Below, one piece after another: positions 58,701 through 64,000 of a stretch of 64,000 bases of DNA (position 1 is the stretch's first letter; the number at the start of each line of letters is the position of its first letter). Origin of the DNA: a virus; IMG/VR virus record IMGVR_UViG_3300035180_002574, positions 64,001-128,000 of that record. One strand, written 5' to 3'. A program made the position numbers and the translations under genes. The notes beneath the pieces were generated by a model. The model did no database searches, was not told the DNA's origin, and was given only the letters and a program-made list of their open reading frames with translations.

Positions 58701-58819
58701 TCTAAAGTAATTACACCTTCGCGAGTAGCATTGATCGCATCGCCACCAATTTCGTTGATGTTATCATTTACGACTGGAATGCTAGAGTCATCATCAATTG
58801 CTGCTGGAAATTTTATCAT
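52721..58819 (-). CDS. 2032-aa fibre/appendage with right-handed beta-helix region (tailspike/depolymerase-like)
   Basis: N-terminal FPAAIDD..DNI.EI..DAIN..IT fibre anchor; repeated (I/V).(N/D)N.(C/I) rungs in the C-terminal third. Confidence 0.65.
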   Translation of the reverse strand: MIKFPAAIDDDSSIPVVNDNINEIGGDAINATREGVITLEEQMGIGAPGIMNSLAERLGVAIQPDGHIKPSEITSLGLVTLPVTNLQIADNAGIPESKLRLDYRTSDLFNYIRDLSREINIDTGWISDSGIKLEPHISGFSFFHELRHILVSDPSGYLKNKFGLLRDNAESYSLINDINNELLAHQFADGSPFGTIGKIKTNNGSTYPSNYAHTASGVFLNTNRFNTIPQTMNDLQLFADFIDSSSIFLLGSRIQNLYSNGISKISRSSSLTADGYGQALVQTVPAVAYLLSTGTMSSPFDDIDKGDDIVELLPPAGLLSSNSFDAQFALVKIGDVIRVNYGTVEVPFLIKEKKYIQNGLIKKFLIRINGKNLQYTANATARIDRSLVNPNKYGVLAVAPANNSFSEIPSLIIGSPRGAEVLGVWFDPDQLDSSHYNLYLAIYPTGNPSDGYTILPAIDITGNQGTTPGKYTIDYIVNTTNNAFRVPGFNYRFIAFSYNGNFGIKLADSYNNAAFSILNAVVNPSDGSYDTSATRSNFPNNVVDVFAGSTGLIKDALGFGVTGANIASPPYMTSYGSPAAAVQATKLFVPLKRNNYYVNGAERDQLAPDIGQVIDGYGDVYWTATVTAINPVPAPSPSGHVEVTYSIPLDLSASNLKAGKTLVIQSLNKSGSLTDFGRFTIKSVTFSGCTPTPTTDVVVYDAIHATGLSPYATLPIGSSVALYFDSSSVSFNKENASDISLSNPPAFKRHIEVYITQDGKTFTHERARMNISGSTNTVNGTIPLYSHSELAKFNIIKVSPKLRGFQFGQIQKTTLTLSSYNDTTGVYTGWLTQWDGSLHTVYGQYTTGRKGEITRFYDSTGNDYIDFYVDPNDVLSSFTNQDIDIQLFPSLSLDDEVMMISTCQLNDVTNKITYLQDARQFGNTSEKDLSTSALNYISLPEKLLHMNGVISGFDLSASPFIVHNDQIHINGGKVLVDGKIIQMNDAKLAIPVLQEFYSGTYYSINWALCVNSKGEYQFQPLLDHDVALGTPNDPNRMMKVFNPNTGLSYFVDANTFSDIVNTRKDLTILYIVGATLTTSPLPAYVSFSMTTDARRYVNDADSNLPLKLTLAQSQGNFRNPLAIINWVKYNNSFNSFANFNGANSLTGTISSNTILDFGHSTIFEGENNAQLTFNALVTLGSNLTIRNMRVDFLKKLAILPSSKNLSFENCEIHLQVDTTPSGNIAIDLTNSENVSFKDCTIFVNYTVPADAGAVFKLGNNKDFRFEGNHVEVEFAYVDSQAPGTVFLINHQTEFDVPNSGIRITDSSFIGNFSQFLVNSANNLVLSRLSVTSTHDPNIGPDIYAADPANGLPNGFTYNPGDFVNSGRGYIYCNVASTITDITIDRVTFNYNPPLGSKFRLSFINFELPTNTSILSNVTITNCKFNNLNVSTNADDVAAAIAIINKAPVTIDGSQRPTVANVLIANNTCNRNQMILVTSQTDLTSTGNMLSGLIAQNVVIRDNICGTIGYWVSADTKFINIVPNSLNDKTSNLIIENNLCHLIATMDHTGHYWYPIKLINTLIGDRTVNKCVYASGHVTITKNRSNWIHAAITTTTDSSIQVVNNSLVAYDQAYLDNFNDNETGSYGFTGGYAYGYAITVASNIHQAASSSSDTDVPDSPCIITGNSIGAGYWYTTSITPITYLYKYGGIFSQGSCQISHNTVKGMDENVLSGIPANIGILVSGSNNIVTHNRIYRNGKTILAYVAFGTVDMPAWDGASSHGVITENFFDSPWITDIVHNDISELTVNITFLGTSNARRWIIERNINQTGYLSIPITNNAGLFGEFGFSTTTGYSPGAFFVTSAPGVDKVASDIIGLYKSPVLWIHDTDTPTVKILGWQENLDKYLPANVRIVKLQMGLRPWESIVDINHANTLFYLSLNRYSVSNLYVDLDYFTGLPSGLPPYGSGIRDAGITNDLSPVAVMVDGRQINSTSLTIPMVLDTTTAGPGGTDISDQFTTNRFQSIGVTLDIRYLRNPVVGTDFYISPLMVKYRW

Positions 58820-58870
58820 ATCTCACCATTTATGCTTGGTTTATTGTAGTTTATATATCTTATTTCAAGA

Positions 58871-59350
58871 TTATTGCTTGTTTTGGGTAGAATTATTTGC
58901 ATCTGGTGCAGAAGGGGCGACATTTGTTACGTTCTGTGGCACAGGAATAGTTGTAACTACAGATGATACTGGGTCTGGAAGAATATTAGGGTCATTTATT
59001 TGAGCATTTGGAATTTTTGATAACACAAATGAAATAATAAATGAATTTACAATTCTATATCCTAATCCAGAAAGTAATCCTCCTGCCAATCCCCAAGAAA
59101 CTCGCGCACTTGTGGCACTCATATCCACCGGGTATGGATATTTCTTGGCAATTATAGCAAAAATAATTCCAATAATTATTGGAAGAAGTGGAAGAATTAA
59201 ATCTCTCCAAAGTTTTGATTCTTTAGCAACAAATTTGTTATTGACTAGCACATACTCGGCAATTCTTCTAATTATTAAAGTAATACCAAACACTGCAAGG
59301 CAAAAAAGGACAAACTGCCACGTAAAAAGGGCTAGCAATACATTATCCAT
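58871..59350 (-). CDS. Three-TM membrane protein, holin-like
   Basis: Three hydrophobic segments, LILPLLPIIIG, GLAGGLLSG; start ATG 59350 with GAGGAG RBS. Confidence 0.6.
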   Translation of the reverse strand: MDNVLLALFTWQFVLFCLAVFGITLIIRRIAEYVLVNNKFVAKESKLWRDLILPLLPIIIGIIFAIIAKKYPYPVDMSATSARVSWGLAGGLLSGLGYRIVNSFIISFVLSKIPNAQINDPNILPDPVSSVVTTIPVPQNVTNVAPSAPDANNSTQNKQ

Positions 59351-59398
59351 CTGAATCTCCTCTTCAGTTATGCAAAACAAGTAATATATGAGTAATTC

Positions 59399-60127
59399 TT
59401 ATGTGGCATCAATATAAAAGCCAGCTATCCCATAATCTGTATTACATGGCGTTATACAACCATTCCCATGATAAAAAGCGGCTAAATAATATCTTTTACC
59501 TGCCGTCATAGTTCCTGCCGGAATTCTTGCAATTGCATGACCCTGATTTGTTAAATGTAACGAAAAACTCTGCAAATTAACAAAAGAAAGATTGTCAGTA
59601 TATAATTTAAAATCAACAATCCCATCAATAAAATTAAAAGAGCCTAAAGACTGTGTCAAATTAAATTGAAAATACCCATCTGTTGCGGCTGATTGTGTAT
59701 GACTGTTATAACCATCACTAATTATATTAGATATAGATTTTTGAACAATACACCTTTGAGTGGCACTATATGATGATTTCCAAATATTGGATACACCAGA
59801 AAACAAAGCAAAAACGTTTCTATCTCCAAAAAAATATTCAGAACCATCCTCGCCCGGAATACCTCCCTGTAGATTTCCAGATACCATACTAATAGTAATA
59901 TCCGTTATCCCAGTGGAATTATCTGCTTGTCCGAGAATTTCTTTTGTATCATTGTCAATAACAAAAACTGTACCACCACTAATATAATCGCTTACATATT
60001 TTACGTGAATGGTAAATGTCATTGATTGACCACAATTAATTCCATTTGGATTATCCATAACAAATGTAGTTGTAGTACCTCTAACATTTGTCATATTTAT
60101 TTGCATGAATCCATTAATTATTGACAT
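59399..60127 (-). CDS. Tandem Ig-like beta-sandwich virion protein
   Basis: Two beta-rich repeats each ending VFALFSG / LAAFYHG. Confidence 0.55.
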   Translation of the reverse strand: MSIINGFMQINMTNVRGTTTTFVMDNPNGINCGQSMTFTIHVKYVSDYISGGTVFVIDNDTKEILGQADNSTGITDITISMVSGNLQGGIPGEDGSEYFFGDRNVFALFSGVSNIWKSSYSATQRCIVQKSISNIISDGYNSHTQSAATDGYFQFNLTQSLGSFNFIDGIVDFKLYTDNLSFVNLQSFSLHLTNQGHAIARIPAGTMTAGKRYYLAAFYHGNGCITPCNTDYGIAGFYIDAT

Positions 60128-60134
60128 GTGAACC

Positions 60135-61508
60135 TTAAGCGTCTGCTATGCAGACGGCTTGTATAACCATAATCCAATTAACATTAGGATAACTTCCGCC
60201 ATTAGTATATCCAGATTTAACCGTAATTGTATTTCCGGAGGAAATTATTGTAGGAGCCCCAAATAAGAAGGTGCCATGTATAGATTCACTTTCATTAACT
60301 ATATTAACTCCACCTGGAAATACTTGTACTGCGCTTCCATTCCAATAAAATGTAGCGCTTACATTTGCAGTATAAGAATCTGCCTGCCCAACAAGCTTAC
60401 CAACTAAAATAGCATCAACACGGGTAGTGGAATTAGATGGCACAGTAAAACTGTGTGTAATTGGAGTATCGCAGCTTGCTGATAAACCATGTGCTCGATA
60501 TGAATATACGTATTCTTTTGACTCTCCCCATGTGCTGGGATTTGGTATTGATCCAATTGTAAAATTGTTACCATCAGATTGTTTTATATTTAGTTTGCCA
60601 CTATTTGAGTATAGAATCGCACCACCTACTGGTGTTCCTGTAGTTGGCATGCTTGCAGCGTCTGCTATGAACATTACTAAATCGCCAGTTCCAGCCGGCA
60701 TATTAGTATTTGTTATTAAAGATGATGCGCAAAGAGAAACTATTCTACCAGAAGAGGTATCTGGTTGTATTAATTGTAAGGCTGGAGATTCACTATTAGA
60801 TAATGATAAAATTACTCCGCCTCTTTTTCTCCCCAAGGCTCCCGGTTCGCCTCCTTTTAACCAAAGATTTCCTCCAGAACCAATACCAAGACCCGTTTGA
60901 GCTTTTATTGTAAAATCAACTCCGCTTACATTGTGAGCTGGCGGAAATCCAGAACCAACAGCATCTGCCTGTGTAATTAAAGGGGTGATAAATCTTGGAT
61001 TGAATTTTATATTGGAACACAATACAGTTACAGACCCGGCGCCAGCCAAATCACCAGTAATTTGTACAATTTGTTGAACTGAATTGGTTCCTATTAAATC
61101 TCCACCAGCAGTGAAATTATTTACTGGCGCCAATGGCGACCAAGAAAAACCATCCCAAGTTAATACATTACCTACTCCTGGCGTTGAGGTATTAACTGGG
61201 TTTCCCTGTATACCAATTACCTTCTGAATGTCCGCAGTTCCTCCAAGGTCTCCGCCTAACTTTATAAGTCCTTTAACGGTGGGAGAGGCATCGGGCAAGA
61301 CCGGAGGGGAAACAAGGTATGAAATTGCTTGCACAGCTTCCTGAACGGTATGTTTTATGTGACCGTCAACCATGACGGGAGGGGACATGTCGATTTGATT
61401 TGCTGTGTGTCTAAAATTATTTCCTTGAATATGATTTTCAAAATCATATCTGTCAGTAACAAGTCTTCCTACACCTGGTTTAAAATTTGGGGACGATGGA
61501 TTGCTCAT
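60135..61508 (-). CDS. Fibre-like virion protein
   Basis: HTANQI, PDASPTVKGLIKLGGDLGG, IQGNPV..PGVGNVLTWDG.SW and GGDLIG repeats. Confidence 0.65.
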   Translation of the reverse strand: MSNPSSPNFKPGVGRLVTDRYDFENHIQGNNFRHTANQIDMSPPVMVDGHIKHTVQEAVQAISYLVSPPVLPDASPTVKGLIKLGGDLGGTADIQKVIGIQGNPVNTSTPGVGNVLTWDGFSWSPLAPVNNFTAGGDLIGTNSVQQIVQITGDLAGAGSVTVLCSNIKFNPRFITPLITQADAVGSGFPPAHNVSGVDFTIKAQTGLGIGSGGNLWLKGGEPGALGRKRGGVILSLSNSESPALQLIQPDTSSGRIVSLCASSLITNTNMPAGTGDLVMFIADAASMPTTGTPVGGAILYSNSGKLNIKQSDGNNFTIGSIPNPSTWGESKEYVYSYRAHGLSASCDTPITHSFTVPSNSTTRVDAILVGKLVGQADSYTANVSATFYWNGSAVQVFPGGVNIVNESESIHGTFLFGAPTIISSGNTITVKSGYTNGGSYPNVNWIMVIQAVCIADA

Positions 61509-61515
61509 ATTTTCC

Positions 61516-63090
61516 TCAAGGAATTATTATTTTATGCGTATGACCAAGAGCAGGCTGAACAACACCATTTACAATTGAATGGTTATGACCCTGTGATACT
61601 GCTGTTGTTTGATTTATTTGAGATACTGATAAGATCTTCTCATTTATCACAATTTCATGTGTGTGCGGTGGTATTCCTAGAGAAAATCCTATTCCAGTAT
61701 TTAATTTGGAAGGGAACATACTGGTGTCTCTGAAAATTCTAACCTGATAAGCCGGATCAGTCTTTCTAATTCTTTGGGCTCTAAACTTTTGTCCGCCCAT
61801 TAGTGGTCCAAGAGTATTGTTTCTTGTAACTCCTAAAATTTCATATCTAAATTCTTCATTATTATCTTCGTCAAACAAAACAATAACATCTCTTTGCTTA
61901 ATAATAGGTGCCGCCTGCATCCAACCATCTATTGTAAACTCTGATTCTAAACCAGCCTCATATACTTTTGTTTGTTCTTCAGCCGGGCTGACACGAACCA
62001 TAATTCTACCATCAGATCTTCTTGGGTTGAAAAATTGCTCATATCCAATAACAAATTTTGTACCATGACATTTTGGACATCTATCGTCTGGATTTTCTCC
62101 AGAAGCTAAGTAACAGGAACATATAATCCCAGTTCGTTCTCTTCTAATCAAAACTGCTGGACGACCATCAATGCTTAAGTGCAATTCTTGTCTTTGATTA
62201 TTCTGGTCTTGTAATGACATGCCTCTTAAAATTTGCATATTTCCGTAACCATCAATACAGCCCATTTCTCCACCAATGTAACTTCCGACACAAGTGCCAT
62301 TCAATAATTGAACTGGATCTGTTCTATGATATCCTGCGTAATCATAAGCCGGATAATCAAGATTGCCTGGTTCACTGGCACTTAAATCGGTGCTCAAATA
62401 GTCTTTGGTAACTTGACGATAACCATCAACCAAAGTGAAAGAATTGTTAGGATATTCAAACCTGGCTTGACAAGCGAAAATTCTATCATAAATTTTAAAT
62501 TCGGTTAATGTAAAAACGCTAACCGCTGGATCCCAAGTAAAATATCCATCATATCCGCCCACAGTATGTGAAGTTGCTATTGTATTGTGATAGCCTCTTT
62601 GAGCCAAAGATGCTAAAATCAAATTATTATTTACAGAGTCAACCGCAAGATATTGAATTAACTCCACTCCCACTTTAATTATTCCAATAGTTGGGAATCC
62701 AGTAACATCCAACAAAGGAATGATGATGTCAGTTGCCGTAATATCATGTCTTAATAAACTAGTTGGATAAACTCTTAAATTATCATAAGCAATTGGAAGT
62801 AGCGATAGATCAGTTAAATTTTTATCATACTCTACTGGTCTAACTGCAAAAAAATATTCTTGCCCAGGAGTTAAATCAATAATGTTTGCCTCCAGAGAAC
62901 CATCAATGGATACATATTTTACACCATCATAAAATACTCTATTTTTTTGGGTAGAATAATAAATATGATAAGCGATTCCATAGCCATCCGATGGAATCGC
63001 TTGAAACCACTTGACATTAATGGTCTGACCGTCGCCCAATGAGGAAACAGCGTCTGTGCCGACATTTACGTATTGCGGGTAATAAACCAT
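61516..63090 (-). CDS. Head-closure/neck-like protein with N-terminal Fn3 domain
   Basis: Fn3-like INVKW..YHIYYS..LTPGQEYFFAVRP; C-terminal CSC..CPKCHGT..GYEQF. Confidence 0.6.
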   Translation of the reverse strand: MVYYPQYVNVGTDAVSSLGDGQTINVKWFQAIPSDGYGIAYHIYYSTQKNRVFYDGVKYVSIDGSLEANIIDLTPGQEYFFAVRPVEYDKNLTDLSLLPIAYDNLRVYPTSLLRHDITATDIIIPLLDVTGFPTIGIIKVGVELIQYLAVDSVNNNLILASLAQRGYHNTIATSHTVGGYDGYFTWDPAVSVFTLTEFKIYDRIFACQARFEYPNNSFTLVDGYRQVTKDYLSTDLSASEPGNLDYPAYDYAGYHRTDPVQLLNGTCVGSYIGGEMGCIDGYGNMQILRGMSLQDQNNQRQELHLSIDGRPAVLIRRERTGIICSCYLASGENPDDRCPKCHGTKFVIGYEQFFNPRRSDGRIMVRVSPAEEQTKVYEAGLESEFTIDGWMQAAPIIKQRDVIVLFDEDNNEEFRYEILGVTRNNTLGPLMGGQKFRAQRIRKTDPAYQVRIFRDTSMFPSKLNTGIGFSLGIPPHTHEIVINEKILSVSQINQTTAVSQGHNHSIVNGVVQPALGHTHKIIIP

Positions 63091-63213
63091 ACTATTATTC
63101 TAGTTTATTAGCCTTTTTTAAGGAGATTTTTATTTCGTGTAATTTGAAAGAGTTTCTCGACAAACACATGGGGTATTATATAGGGAGAGTGTATATACTA
63201 TCCGGGTCTAGTG

Positions 63214-63732
63214 TCAGACTTTTGCCATTAGGACTTCTTTTTTCTCTTCAATTTCTTTCTTACTATCAACATTATGATGATCTAATAAGTTATCAACATA
63301 ATCTTCAGCTTCATCCTCTCCAAAATGATCAGAGATATATTCAATCTGATTTTGAAAGCCTTCTTGTTCTGCTGGATTGTCTAAATAACTTCCATCATCA
63401 GAACTTTGGGTAGGTCTATTTCCCGTTGTTTGTTGCAACCAATGAGTCATCTCATGAACACCATAAGAAAAGTCTTTGAAAAAATCACCATCTGTCAAAA
63501 GCTTATAATTATAAATGATAACGCCATGATCTGTTTTGGCGGACACATCAAGATCATCAAACATCATTGGAATATGATCAAGTTCAGCAATATCAACGCC
63601 ATACTCATCAAACATATTTTGCACAACCTTATCTTTTTTGAGATAGTTTCTCAACTTTGAAATAAGTCGGCGCTTAGTTCCATAAGATAGTTTTTTTACT
63701 TTAGATAGTGGTATTTTTTCTTCTTTTTTCAT
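63214..63732 (-). CDS. Zincin-like metallopeptidase (HEXXH)
   Basis: VHEMTHWLQ followed by YLDNPAEQEGF. Confidence 0.7.
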   Translation of the reverse strand: MKKEEKIPLSKVKKLSYGTKRRLISKLRNYLKKDKVVQNMFDEYGVDIAELDHIPMMFDDLDVSAKTDHGVIIYNYKLLTDGDFFKDFSYGVHEMTHWLQQTTGNRPTQSSDDGSYLDNPAEQEGFQNQIEYISDHFGEDEAEDYVDNLLDHHNVDSKKEIEEKKEVLMAKV

Positions 63733-63959
63733 TTTGGATAATGTATCCAGCTTTTCATAAATGTATCATTATATTTTGTTAAATCTGGCTCTTTTATTTT
63801 TGCTTTTAAAGCATTTGTTAGAATGGCTGAACCTTCTGGGTCCGGAGTTGTAGAATTATTTATAAATACATTTCCATATGGAACTTTATTTTTAATTCCA
63901 GGAGATGCTGTAATTGTTTTAACATCTTCTATGGTTGTACCATTATAGATGTCTGTCAT
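63729..63959 (-). CDS. Hypothetical protein
   Basis: 76-aa ORF, ATGA overlap with the peptidase gene. Confidence 0.65.
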   Translation of the reverse strand: MTDIYNGTTIEDVKTITASPGIKNKVPYGNVFINNSTTPDPEGSAILTNALKAKIKEPDLTKYNDTFMKSWIHYPK

Positions 63960-64000
63960 AATTTTGTTCTTATCAGCCGTTGAGAATAGCTTATTTAATA

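Noticed and set aside
63091-63213. Sigma70-type promoter in the 120-nt gap (TATAAT at 63175-63180 on the minus strand)
   Set aside because: No acceptable -35 element at 16-18 nt spacing; AT-rich background makes the hexamer uninformative
1130-63660. All plus-strand ORFs in the track (e.g. 37178..37576, 60427..60900, 61329..61733, 63039..63413)
   Set aside because: They are antisense shadows of well-supported minus-strand genes, with no recognisable motifs or RBS
1-64000. Genome-wide alternative genetic code (TGA=Trp/Gly or TAG=Gln), prompted by in-frame TGAs and near absence of TAG stops
   Set aside because: Very long ORFs (up to 2366 aa) are uninterrupted in code 11, and at least six TGA stops sit in ATGA coupling overlaps where they must terminate
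1-64000. CRISPR arrays, tRNA, rRNA, inteins, group I introns
   Set aside because: No repeat-spacer arrays or RNA-gene signatures seen by eye, intergenic gaps are too short for most, and DnaB and the helicase are normal length; tRNAscan/Infernal not run

Overview
64 kb AT-rich, very densely coding segment of a large (probably jumbo) contractile-tailed dsDNA bacteriophage. Every credible gene is on the minus strand and reads in standard code 11. Read in transcription order (right to left), the 64-16.5 kb part is a nearly complete neck/tail/baseplate module: HEXXH peptidase, head-closure-like protein, fibres, holin-like protein, 2032-aa beta-helix appendage, tail terminator, sheath, tube, tail assembly chaperone with a clear A-AAA-AAA -1 frameshift, tape measure, tube initiator, hub, spike, gp25, baseplate J, LamG-bearing wedge and a dockerin-bearing fibre. 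No capsid, portal or terminase is in the window. The 16.5-0 kb part is an accessory/replication block: three glycosyltransferases plus an RmlB-like dehydratase, a zincless-finger Nei glycosylase, a spanin-like protein, a tubulin/FtsZ-family GTPase, a GH25 endolysin, a UvsW-like helicase, DnaC-like loader, DnaB helicase and small Zn-ribbon genes. Two related HNH homing endonucleases are inserted. Four small genes missed or truncated by the ORF track carry in-frame stops or 1-nt insertions. Intergenic inverted repeats and a GATATATA motif recur upstream of genes. All product calls come from motif recognition by eye; no database searches were run.
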